64,000 nt of DNA from a bacterium (GTDB lineage Bacteria > Bacteroidota > Ignavibacteria > UBA10030): assembly GCA_043803945.1 (NCBI GenBank), contig JAZDJN010000087.1, positions 96,001-160,000 of the forward strand. The letters are read 5' to 3'. Of this stretch, positions 10,175 to 19,458 are shown in pieces. Under the pieces are notes generated by a model, which had not been told where the DNA came from, did not search any database, and saw nothing but the letters and a program-made list of their open reading frames with translations. How positions within the stretch are numbered: the first letter of the stretch is position 1; each line of letters starts with the position of its first letter. Made by a program: the position numbers and the translations under genes.

Positions 10175-10873
10175 TTACTCAACTGCAAAATAGTTGTGTA
10201 ATTTTTCGAGTGTTGATTCGTCGGTTTTCAAATCGTGAATGATAGAACCACGTTCCAAAATTGCAATACGCTCGCAGACTTCTGTAACATGGTTCAAATC
10301 GTGGCTTGAGATTAAAACAGTCGCTTGATGGTTTGTATGATATTCCTTAAGAATCTTCTTTAACCGGATGACGGACGATGGATCGAGGTGCGGAAACGGT
10401 TCATCGAGTACCAGCACCTCGGGCTTGCTCATCAATGCGGCAGCGATCCCGACCTTCTTTTGGTTTCCCTTCGATAAATCCCTGATGTATTTCTTTTTCT
10501 CCAGAATCTCTCCCTGAAAAAAATCTTCAAACCTCTCCAGGAATTCATTGTACTCCGACACTGTTACACCATAGAGCTTTCGAACAAAATCGAAGTATTC
10601 CTCTGGAGTCAGAAAATCGATGAGAAACCGCTCATCCAAGTAAGACCCTGTATAGCGTTTCCAATGCTCGCTCTGTTTCACATTCTCCTCTTTGGAGGTG
10701 ACCAGACCCTCTGTTGCTTCGATCAAGTCAAGAATCAGACTGAAGAACGTTGTCTTTCCTGCTCCATTATTCCCGACAAGTCCGAAACTTTCTCCCTTGC
10801 TTATGTTCAGGTCTGGAAGATTCAAAACGGTGGTTCCACCATATTATTTGACAAGTGACTGTGTCTGAATCAT
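10175..10873 (-). CDS. ABC transporter ATP-binding protein; natural start at 10873 is followed by an in-frame TAA at codon 10
   Basis: Walker A GNNGAGKT, LSKG signature, LDEP, SSH; 5' extension reads MIQTQSLVK*YGGTTVL with TAA at 10846-10844. Confidence 0.85.
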
Positions 10874-10910
10874 GCGAAGTTACTCCAGTACGTTACACAA
10901 TATTCGTTTC

Positions 10911-12809
10911 TCACATCTGACGGAACCCCGCCGCCATTTTATACTTTTGCTTGGAGAAGTATTTCAGAATAACGGTTAGGAGCGCCCTTTGGAAAATCAG
11001 GCCCAACACTCCAAGTATTCCAAAGATGAACAATGTCCACTCACCAAACCCCAAACGATTGAGCAGGAGGTAGACGACAACCGGGAGAATAAACATCGGT
11101 AGAATTGTCAAGAATTGACTGCTCCCTTTTCCCTGCGTGCTCACGATGCTGGCATTCAGATCTAAGCGTTTTCTTGCCAGCATCGACCAGCCGATCAGTG
11201 CAAACACATTCACGCCCGCGTTATAGAGCATAAGCGTAGCATTAATTGCCAGAAGTTTCCATGAGATAAATGCCGTAAAGCCATTGATGAGGAGACAGAT
11301 CACCCCAAAGATCTGCAGGAGAAGGAACTTCGCGTACAAGTAGTTCCAGAAGTTGACAGGTCGGCTGATGAGTAAGTCAAAATATGCGCTCTCCCAACTG
11401 AACATGAATTGTCCGTAAACGAGCATGAGAAAGCCGGTACTGAGTATTCCCATATAGACGACCATGATCATGACCATGGCGGGGATGCGGCCATCGCCCC
11501 ACCGCGGATTGAGGTTGACAATGGTTGTATCACTCAACACTTGCATCGATCGTATATCCTTCGATTTTCCATCCGGGAGTTTTATCTCATTTTCCCATGT
11601 GCCAAGCGTAAAGATGTAGCGGATTGTTGTTCCATGTTCAAAGGCCACCGATCGGCTCCAGCTTCCCGCCTTCGCACTCTGTGCTCCTGCGGGCGAGCCA
11701 TCGGCCTGGTGCATTAAGGGAAGAAAAGAAGGATTCCATTTCCCCAATGATTGGTGATCTCCCGTAACATAGACATGGGCAGAAGGTGGAATCTGAGAAG
11801 AGGAGACGATAAACGTTACAAGCCGCTGCGTTGATGAAGTTACCGCCAGTGCATTAATGGCCTCGGGAACCCGTTCAGGTACAGGATATTGGTCCAGATA
11901 ACGAACATAGATTCCGCTCATCAGAATAATGGCCGGGATCATGGCAAGGGCCATATACACGGTCGAACGGCTCCGTTTATTCCGGAGGAGAAGCTTCAGC
12001 TCCAGCGAAAGGTAATTTCCAACGTCACCGAATCGATCGAGATAACTTAATCGCGCTTTGCCGATAATTGATTGTGCGGGCGCGATCATCAACCGGTCGA
12101 GATAGAGCGCTCGAGACAAGCTCCGGATATTCAAGGTGTAAACCAATACAAGAATAGCAAGCGGCAGGAGCGAAGCGTACGGAACATCGAGAATCCATTG
12201 AAAGAACTGCTGCGAAACGGATGAGAGTTTGACGAAGACTTCAACGAAATTCATCAGCAGAGCAATCACCACAAGGAATAACACGAATACACGCCGTGGC
12301 TGCAGGAGGAGGGATTTTTCAAGATAGAATAATAAAAAATTAGAACTGAGAATTAAGCAGAGCAGGCTGAACAGCCAGAGCATTGCGGCAGAAAAGGAAG
12401 TGCGAGGAGCGATCAGGGTGAACGCCGCAGGAATAATCACCAGCAAAGGCAGCAGATTGAACATGGAAAAGGTTGATCGCCAGAGAAGAAACCGCACCAA
12501 CTGCTTTCGTGTAAGCGGCAATAGAAGATAGGGTTGGATGATCAGTGCCGGTGTTTTTTGGAACAGGATCCTGAGAACGAGATCAATCAGGAAGAAATAA
12601 GGAAGCAGCATGCCGTTAAACAGTGCCACGTGGTTCGCACCCGGCTGGAGCTGTTTAAGCAGTCCATCGATGAAGATCCCCAGCGACAGAAAATTCAAAG
12701 CAAGGAGAGCGAGAAGGGCACCGACAAAGATATTAGTCCCAAGCTCCCGCTTCCAGAGAATGGAGCGGACCGTGCTTTTCCAAAGATGCTGCGAAAGCAT
12801 GGTGTTCAT
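10911..12809 (-). CDS. DUF5687-like ABC permease with an inserted CBM20 (starch-binding) domain
   Basis: Multi-TM protein, LELKLLLRNKR and YGQFMFSWES motifs; internal VTFIV..VYVTGD..LGKWNP..W..Y.F..G.W segment typical of CBM20. Confidence 0.75.
   Translation of the reverse strand: MNTMLSQHLWKSTVRSILWKRELGTNIFVGALLALLALNFLSLGIFIDGLLKQLQPGANHVALFNGMLLPYFFLIDLVLRILFQKTPALIIQPYLLLPLTRKQLVRFLLWRSTFSMFNLLPLLVIIPAAFTLIAPRTSFSAAMLWLFSLLCLILSSNFLLFYLEKSLLLQPRRVFVLFLVVIALLMNFVEVFVKLSSVSQQFFQWILDVPYASLLPLAILVLVYTLNIRSLSRALYLDRLMIAPAQSIIGKARLSYLDRFGDVGNYLSLELKLLLRNKRSRSTVYMALAMIPAIILMSGIYVRYLDQYPVPERVPEAINALAVTSSTQRLVTFIVSSSQIPPSAHVYVTGDHQSLGKWNPSFLPLMHQADGSPAGAQSAKAGSWSRSVAFEHGTTIRYIFTLGTWENEIKLPDGKSKDIRSMQVLSDTTIVNLNPRWGDGRIPAMVMIMVVYMGILSTGFLMLVYGQFMFSWESAYFDLLISRPVNFWNYLYAKFLLLQIFGVICLLINGFTAFISWKLLAINATLMLYNAGVNVFALIGWSMLARKRLDLNASIVSTQGKGSSQFLTILPMFILPVVVYLLLNRLGFGEWTLFIFGILGVLGLIFQRALLTVILKYFSKQKYKMAAGFRQM
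11664..11696. repeat. 33-bp palindromic element apparently inserted in-frame in the CBM20 domain
   Basis: TCCCGCCTTCGCACTCTGTGCTCCTGCGGGCGA (CCCGC/GCGGG and GCAC/GTGC stems); encodes SPAGAQSAKAG between 'QADG' and 'SW'. Confidence 0.55.
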
Positions 12810-12939
12810 AGTCGATCTTCCTGTGGCCTCTCAGCGATAAAAAGATTGAACACTGATGACTCTGAAAAACACGAGATCACCACAGAAAGTATGGCGGTAC
12901 AGAGGAAAGGGTGTTCTTCAGAATTAAACATAATGCTTC

Positions 12940-13040
12940 ACCTGTGTCTATCAGTGCTTTTCTTGTGTTATCTGCCCGCCTTTCATAGGTCTACGAGGGC
13001 AGGCGGGTGTTCTATTCTTGGTTTTTCATGTGTATAAAAT
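12940..13040. repeat. Intergenic repeat (second copy at 38661-38729) carrying a 33-bp insertion at 12973-13005
   Basis: Flanks TTCTTGTGTTATC and GGTGTTCTATTCTTGG match the uninterrupted copy at 38682-38710. Confidence 0.8.
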
Positions 13041-13459
13041 GTCCTTATTTTAGCTGTTGCATTTTCTTTATCAACTCTCAATCATGTCCAATCGATAGTA
13101 GGGGATATTAAAGAAAAATTCAAACACCATTCCATGATCCTGGATTTACTTTGTCTTGCTACGAAAAGCTGCTGTGAAAGTTTTGCAGGCAATCGGCTGC
13201 ATAATCATCCGTAGCATGAATGGCGAAGATTACCCGATTCTCCTCCATAGAACCATTGAATTTCTCTTTTCTGCCAATCGTGTTTGTTCCGATAGCCCTT
13301 CATGGATATGCAGAATAACGCAACATTATTAGCTGAGAATTTATCACTCTGGATTTTACTATTCTCTAAAAGAAATTGTATCTTTTGCTCGTGCATACAA
13401 GCAACTGGTAAGGGTTCTCTCTACCATTCCTTCACCATCGTAACAAGAAAGGTCTTTCT

Positions 13460-15595
13460 ATGAAACGATTTCTTCACCAAATGACGCTGGTTTTCCTTGT
13501 CGGTTGTTTGGCGTTGATGGTTGGCTGTTCATCATCGCAGGCCGTACGACAGGATATCAGCACCGCACAGAAACTGGGTGTTGTCAAAGCCGGGCCGTTC
13601 GATACCGGCAAGATGTGGACGTTCGATTTTCCCCCCATGGAGTATTTTAAGAAAACGTATAATTTCAATCCCACAAAAGAATGGTTCGAGAAAGCCAGAA
13701 CCGCTGCAGTGCGCATTCCGGGCTGCTCCGGAGCCTTTGTCTCGGAAGACGGGCTCCTGATGACGAACCACCATTGCGCCCGCAGCGCTTTGGTAGCCGT
13801 CAAGAAACAGGGAGAGAAGCTCGAGGTCGATGGCTTCTATGCTCCAACGCTCGAAGAGGAACGGAAGGTTGCCAACAGCTACGTCGATCAATTGCTTGTG
13901 ATCGAAGACGTTACCAAAGAAGTGCTTGCCGCATTCGATAAGGGAACCACGGATAAGGAAAAAGATTCATTGCGTGCAGCGGCGATGAGCGCCATCCGGA
14001 CCCGGTACACCGAAGAGTACAAGAAGAAGAGCAGCGATAACATGATCTTCAACGTGCTCTCATTTTATAACGGCGGCCGCTATTCACTCTATGGCTATAA
14101 ACGCTACAACGATGTGCGTATTGTTTTTGCACCGGAAGAAGCTGTTGCATTCTTTGGCGGCGATCCGGATAATTATACCTATCCGCGCTATGATTTCGAT
14201 GTATCGTTCTTCCGCGTCTATGACAACGGCAAACCGTTGAAGACAACAAATTTCTATTTCCCCTTCAGCAAAGAGGGCGCCCAGGAGGGTGAAGCGGTAT
14301 TCGTTCTCGGCACACCCGGCAGGACCAATCGCCTCTTGACCATTGCCCAGTACGAAACGTTGCGCGATGTCTCCTATCCCGCCCAGATCGACGGTTACAA
14401 CAGCCAGGTGAATGCGATCAACGAATACCTGGAAAAAAATCCCGACAAGAAAGTCGATTACATCAATACGATTTTTGGAATCACCAACATGCAGAAACGA
14501 ATCATCGGGTATCAGGATGGTTTGGTCAATCCTCTGTATTGGGCAAAGAAGGAAGATTTCGAAAAGACCTTCAGAGAGGCGGTGCTTTCCAATACGCAGC
14601 TCAAGGCAAAATATGGCGATTTGTGGAAAGAGATCGGTCTTTACGAAAGCCAGATACGTGCACTAACACCTGAACTGAACGGCTTGACTGCAACAAGTCG
14701 GACACAGTACTTCAGCCTTGCCGCAAGTGCCGTCAACACGGCACGTGGTACTGGAAGAGCCGGAGGAGGCGGCAGGCCGGGAGGCGGTGGTGGTGGCGCC
14801 CGCACAGTTACTCCGGAGATTGAGAAACATATGCTTGTCGATCAACTGGAATTCATGAAAAAGAATCTCGGCAGTGAGTATCCGGCATTCAAAAAACTTC
14901 TCGCCGGGCGCTTGGTGCAGCAGGCCGCTGAGGAGTTTTCGAAAACAGCACTGACGGTTGACAGAGAAAAATTCAATGCGATGAAACCTGAAGATGTTCT
15001 GAAATCGACCGATCCGATTATTACTTTTGTTGCCGAGACGCAGCCTCGCATTACAGAAATCCAGAGGACCCTGACTGAACTGCGGGCAAAGCAGACACCG
15101 TTGATTCAGGCGCTTGGCCGGGCAATGTATGATGTGTACGGCACCAATATTCCTCCCGATGCCAGCGGCTCGCTGCGCATGTCCGACGGCGTGGTAAAAG
15201 GATTCAGCTATAACGGCACTATTGCTCCGCCGGCAACAACGTTCTATGGAATGTACGACCGGTACTACTCGTTCGGGAAGAAAGAACCGTTCTTCCTCCC
15301 GGAACGCTGGGCTAATCCACCGGCAGATTTCAAGATGAGCACACCAATGAATTTCTCATCCACGAACGATATCATCGGCGGCAACTCCGGCAGCTCGGTT
15401 GTGAACAGGAATCTGGAAGTAGTCGGATTGATCTTCGACAGCAACATCGAAGGCCTTGCCGGCAACTCGATTTTCGACACGGAGAAGAATCGGGCGGTCT
15501 CAGTTCACTCAGCCGGAATCGTTGAAGGCTTGGACAAGATTTACAGAGCTACCCGTATCGCGAATGAATTGCGGAGCAGGAAGATTATACAGTAG
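13460..15595 (+). CDS. S46 family dipeptidyl peptidase, lipoprotein (FDSN variant)
   Basis: GKMW, TNHHC, FGGDPDN.TYPR and TNDIIGGNSGS motifs; lipobox MVGC. Confidence 0.93.
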   Translation: MKRFLHQMTLVFLVGCLALMVGCSSSQAVRQDISTAQKLGVVKAGPFDTGKMWTFDFPPMEYFKKTYNFNPTKEWFEKARTAAVRIPGCSGAFVSEDGLLMTNHHCARSALVAVKKQGEKLEVDGFYAPTLEEERKVANSYVDQLLVIEDVTKEVLAAFDKGTTDKEKDSLRAAAMSAIRTRYTEEYKKKSSDNMIFNVLSFYNGGRYSLYGYKRYNDVRIVFAPEEAVAFFGGDPDNYTYPRYDFDVSFFRVYDNGKPLKTTNFYFPFSKEGAQEGEAVFVLGTPGRTNRLLTIAQYETLRDVSYPAQIDGYNSQVNAINEYLEKNPDKKVDYINTIFGITNMQKRIIGYQDGLVNPLYWAKKEDFEKTFREAVLSNTQLKAKYGDLWKEIGLYESQIRALTPELNGLTATSRTQYFSLAASAVNTARGTGRAGGGGRPGGGGGGARTVTPEIEKHMLVDQLEFMKKNLGSEYPAFKKLLAGRLVQQAAEEFSKTALTVDREKFNAMKPEDVLKSTDPIITFVAETQPRITEIQRTLTELRAKQTPLIQALGRAMYDVYGTNIPPDASGSLRMSDGVVKGFSYNGTIAPPATTFYGMYDRYYSFGKKEPFFLPERWANPPADFKMSTPMNFSSTNDIIGGNSGSSVVNRNLEVVGLIFDSNIEGLAGNSIFDTEKNRAVSVHSAGIVEGLDKIYRATRIANELRSRKIIQ

Positions 15596-15640
15596 ACTTT
15601 TTTAGTGAGAAGTAAGACGTTAGAGGTGAGATGATACATG

Positions 15641-15676
15641 AAACGGTCTCGGCGAAAGTCGGGACCGTTTTATTTT
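15641..15676 (+). terminator. Rho-independent terminator
   Basis: AAACGGTCTCGGC GAAA GTCGGGACCGTTT hairpin followed by a T-rich tail. Confidence 0.65.
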
Positions 15677-15840
15677 GGGAGTATGAGAATGTAGGAGTGT
15701 AGGAATGTGTGAGTGTAAGGGTGAATGAGAGCAGGAGTGGGAGAAACGGAGACGGGGAGAGGGGGGATGAAGATGAAAAGGAGAAGCAGTGGTTACACAA
15801 GGGATTATTCATTGATGACTATTGAAGAGAGGTTTATACG

Positions 15841-15888
15841 CTGGGAGGTTGAAAAACTCGCCTGTGGCGAGGAGCTCCAACTCCCGAC
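15841..15888. repeat. CTGGGAG...CCCGAC palindromic repeat family (related copies near 19000, 56097 and, reverse-complemented, 61861-61909)
   Basis: Shared CTGGGAG start, internal hairpin and (GGACAAGTC..)CCCGAC end, seen by eye. Confidence 0.55.
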
Positions 15889-15938
15889 CAATAAGTGCAA
15901 GTGAGATGGGAGATGAATAAACCTCAAGTCACTCCAGT

Positions 15939-16001
15939 GATCCCCGAATGCTTCTATCGGCCTGCCTGCGTGCCGAAGCAACTTCGGCAGGCAGGGGATC
16001 T
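15939..16001. repeat. REP/RPE-like palindrome with a nested 35-bp CCTGCC...GGCAGG element
   Basis: GATCCCCGA-ATGCTTCTA-TCGG[15961-15995]GGATC. Confidence 0.65.
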
Positions 16002-16346
16002 ACAATGCGGAATAATTCAATCCACCTTCAAATTTCTTCTACAAACATTTTGCGTTCAAGCTCTCAAATTCCATATGTAACCAACCCTCACCCTGTCGAT
16101 GATAAATCGCAGGTGGGGTTGACCAAAATGTAGGACGAGTTGACAACTCGTCCACGTTGAGCTAGTGAAAGTATTTAATAATGCACAATCTTGATGTATG
16201 GTATACACCAATAAGTACTTTTTGGACAACCTCATTAAGGGGTGGTGATCACAACAATGGCTGAGCACTATACTATCCCCGCATTTATTCCTATCTTAGA
16301 GACATAACGACTGAATTCAAACTAACACATTATCATTGGACTATTT

Positions 16347-16532
16347 ATGGAAGAAGAACAAAAAGAACCCCAACCCGAGCTGAGTGAATTCAAGGGAAAC
16401 CCTGTGTTAAGAATTCCTCTTGTCAACAATCCTTCGCCGGATGTCACCTGGCATTGGCTTGCGTTTGGTAAAGCCAAAGCAAAGGCTATTGTAAAATATT
16501 TTGAAGCGATTAAAAAGTTTGCGGAAGAATAG
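16347..16532 (+). CDS. Small hypothetical protein (61 aa)
   Basis: Protein-like composition (SEFKGNPVL..., FGKAKAKAIV..IKKF), upstream GGA, sits alone in an AT-rich intergenic region. Confidence 0.65.
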   Translation: MEEEQKEPQPELSEFKGNPVLRIPLVNNPSPDVTWHWLAFGKAKAKAIVKYFEAIKKFAEE

Positions 16533-16805
16533 ACCGCTGATGTCGCAGATTATGGGATTGCACTGAGTGAAAGCTCTATAAAAATTAATTCGGTGAAATC
16601 ACTTAATCAGTGTAAATCAGCGGTAAAGATTCGTATCTTTAAAGGCGTTTGATGGAGTGAGATCTCTGAAGTTGCTGCAGTTTCACTTCTGTCGTATGGA
16701 TCACGGTCTATCGGGTTCCATACCACTGAAGCCGTCCTGCAATAAAACCCCAGAACACAATATTACTCCGTACTACTATCATTCACTTTAAGAAAGGTGA
16801 TCCGT

Positions 16806-18926
16806 ATGAAACATGTTGTCTCAAAGCTTTGGTTGGTTGTTGCGCTGAGCGCAATGATCTTCCTGATCGGCTGCTCGTCGCAACAGGCCGTAAAACCCGA
16901 AGTCGGCAAAGGGTTAGTCAACGTCAAAGCCGGTGAGTTCGATACCGGTAAGATGTGGACCTTCGATTTTCCGCCGATGGACTATTTTAAAAAGACCTAC
17001 AATTTCAATCCGACAAAAGAATGGTTTGAGAAAGCCCGGCTCTCCGCGCTGCGCTTGCCCGGCTGTACAGCCGCCTTTGTTTCGGAGGATGGCCTCGTCA
17101 TGACAAACCATCACTGCGCTCGCGGTGATCTCCAGGCGGCAAATAAAGAGGGTGAACAGTTGCACATCAACGGTTTCTATGCTCCGACGCTGGACGATGA
17201 GAGAAAGACAAGAAGTTATGTCGATCAGTTGATCGTCACTGATGACGTTACCATGGAAATTCAGAAGGCGTTCGACAGTGGTACCACCGAAGCGGAAAAA
17301 GCGAGCCTCCGCGGCCAGAAAATGACTGAAATCATCAGCCGCTATACAATGAAGTATAAGGAATCCACCAAAGACTCCATGACATTCCAGATCGTTACTT
17401 TCTACAACGGGGGACGTTACTCTCTCTACGGGTACAAACGCTATACCGATATCCGCCTTGTCTTTGCCCCTGAAGAAGTGATGGCGTTCTTCGGCGGTGA
17501 TCCCGATAACTTTACCTACCCGCGTTATGACATGGACATCAGTATTTACCGTGTGTATGAAAACGGCAAACCGGTGAAGACTTCGAACTTCTTCAAGTTC
17601 AGCAAAGAGGGAGCAAAAGAAGGCGAAGCCGTGTTTGTGCTCGGCAATCCGGGAGGCACGGGTCGACTGCTTCCTATTTCACAGCTTGAAACCCTGCGCG
17701 ATATTACTTATCCTGCCAACATTAACTTTTTAGAAACTCAGGTCAACGCGTATACTCAGTACATTGAGAAGAACCCTGACAAGAAGTCGCAATACCTCAA
17801 CACTCTCTTCGGTATGGCGAATAGCAGGAAAGCGATCACCGGATATCTTACCGGATTGACCGACCCTGTATTCTGGGCAAAGAAACTCGACTTCGAAAAG
17901 AATTTCCGGAACACCGTCGTGAACAATCCAGGGCTCAAAGCAAAGTATGGCGACCCCTGGAGCCAGATGGCACTTTACGAAGCTGAGCTTCAATCGCTGC
18001 TTCCTGAAGCGAATGCATTAAATGTTTCACGCCGAAGCCAGTATTTCAGCCTGGCGATCAATGCGGTCGCTTATGCCGACTCAGTGAAAGCCGGAAAGAA
18101 TAAGCCGAAGCCGCGATACATGCGGATGTCGCCGATCGAAGTTGATAATATTGCAACCATCGACCTCCTCGCGTTCATGCAGAAGTCACTCGGAACCGAT
18201 TATCCTGCGCTGAAAGCATTGATGAAGAACCGGACTCCGGTTGAGGTAGTTGAGGACTTCGTAAAAAATTCTGCCGCTGCATCAAAAGAGAAATTTGAAA
18301 CGCTGGTGAACGGTTCGCCGGATGCCATCCTGGGCTCCACCGATCCTCTTGTTGCTTTTGTCGTGCAGACTCGTGGACGCCTTGCGCAGCTTCAATTCAA
18401 GATCGGAGATCTGCGGGCAAAACAAGCACCATTGATCCAACTGCTTGGCCGCGCGATGTACGATGTCAATGGCACAAAGATCCCGCCCGATGCTACCTTT
18501 ACTCTGCGAATGGCAGATGGTGTTGTAAAGGGATATGAGTACAATGGAACTATTGCTCCGCCCGTGACAACGTTCTACGGGTTGTATGACCGCTATTATT
18601 CGTTCAGCAAGAAAGATCCATGGGAATTGCCTCAGCGCTGGGTCAATACACCTGCAGATTTTAATCTGAGTACACCAATGAACTTTGTCTCCACCAACGA
18701 TATCATCGGCGGCAACTCGGGCAGTTCTGTTGTAAATAAGAACCTTGAAGTTGTCGGTTTGATCTTCGATGGGAACATCGAAAGCCTGCCGGGATATGTT
18801 ATTTTTGATGAAACGAAGAACCGCAGCGTCTCCGTGCATTCTGCCGGTATTCTTGAGGCACTGGAAAAGATGTACCGTGCCGACCGGATCGTCAAAGAAC
18901 TCCGTCAGGGAAAGATGGCTCAATAA
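16806..18926 (+). CDS. S46 family dipeptidyl peptidase, lipoprotein (FDGN variant, DPP7-like)
   Basis: Same S46 motifs as 13460-15595; lipobox LIGC; AAAGGTG SD upstream. Confidence 0.93.
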   Translation: MKHVVSKLWLVVALSAMIFLIGCSSQQAVKPEVGKGLVNVKAGEFDTGKMWTFDFPPMDYFKKTYNFNPTKEWFEKARLSALRLPGCTAAFVSEDGLVMTNHHCARGDLQAANKEGEQLHINGFYAPTLDDERKTRSYVDQLIVTDDVTMEIQKAFDSGTTEAEKASLRGQKMTEIISRYTMKYKESTKDSMTFQIVTFYNGGRYSLYGYKRYTDIRLVFAPEEVMAFFGGDPDNFTYPRYDMDISIYRVYENGKPVKTSNFFKFSKEGAKEGEAVFVLGNPGGTGRLLPISQLETLRDITYPANINFLETQVNAYTQYIEKNPDKKSQYLNTLFGMANSRKAITGYLTGLTDPVFWAKKLDFEKNFRNTVVNNPGLKAKYGDPWSQMALYEAELQSLLPEANALNVSRRSQYFSLAINAVAYADSVKAGKNKPKPRYMRMSPIEVDNIATIDLLAFMQKSLGTDYPALKALMKNRTPVEVVEDFVKNSAAASKEKFETLVNGSPDAILGSTDPLVAFVVQTRGRLAQLQFKIGDLRAKQAPLIQLLGRAMYDVNGTKIPPDATFTLRMADGVVKGYEYNGTIAPPVTTFYGLYDRYYSFSKKDPWELPQRWVNTPADFNLSTPMNFVSTNDIIGGNSGSSVVNKNLEVVGLIFDGNIESLPGYVIFDETKNRSVSVHSAGILEALEKMYRADRIVKELRQGKMAQ

Positions 18927-18961
18927 CGACCACAGATTACACTGATTACACTGATTATGTA

Positions 18962-19000
18962 AAAGAAAGAGGGGCTCTAAAAAGCCCCTTTTTTCTTTTC
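18962..19000 (+). terminator. Rho-independent (possibly bidirectional) terminator
   Basis: AAAGAAAGAGGGGCT...AGCCCCTTTTTTCTTTT. Confidence 0.7.
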
Positions 19001-19144
19001 TGGGAGGGAGCTCCCGCCAATCCGCCAAAAAAGATGGAGGACGCAATAAGCGTAATAACAACCTGAGGTCGTCCAAAAAGAAAAAATACCAGGGCGTCAC
19101 GAACCACTTCGTGACGCAAAATGCGAAAAACATTCAGATTTAAT

Positions 19145-19170
19145 GTGTCACGGTGTGGACCGTGACACCC
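19145..19170. repeat. GTGTCACGGT-N-ACCGTGACAC palindrome (second copy at 24957-25005)
   Basis: Perfect 10-bp inverted repeat followed by CC in both copies. Confidence 0.7.
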
Positions 19171-19287
19171 TTGGCGTACTTTTTAGTCAGTCTCGGGATA
19201 GGTCTGCACCCGACCACCCTTTCACTTGCTATTCAACCCCTCTTTTAATAATATGGAACACCAAAACATTTACAATCTCACAGGCAT

Positions 19288-19446
19288 ATGAATACCTTGA
19301 AACGTTACTGGTACGAAAAGCCGATACAGATCACGCTGCTGATTCTCTTCATCGGCTCGATTGTTCACGGCATCATGGCCGGCGAACTCACGCTCGTACA
19401 AATTGAGAGCTCGACGCTCTGACTCGATTGTATCGGAATCGGGTGA
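19288..19446 (+). CDS. Small membrane selenoprotein, CD1871A-like with UxxC motif (52 aa; absent from the ORF track)
   Basis: MNTLKRYWYEKPIQITLLILFIGSIVHGIMAGELTLVQIESSTL-U-LDCIGIG*; TGA 19420-19422 sits at the first Cys of the family's C-terminal 'CL.CIG.G' motif; followed by a 4Fe-4S protein. Confidence 0.85.
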
Positions 19447-19452
19447 TTCCGA
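19433..19452 (+). promoter_or_regulatory. SECIS-like hairpin
   Basis: TCGGAATC-GGGT-GATTCCGA, perfect 8-bp stem starting at +11 after the TGA. Confidence 0.8.
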
Positions 19453-19458
19453 AAACAT

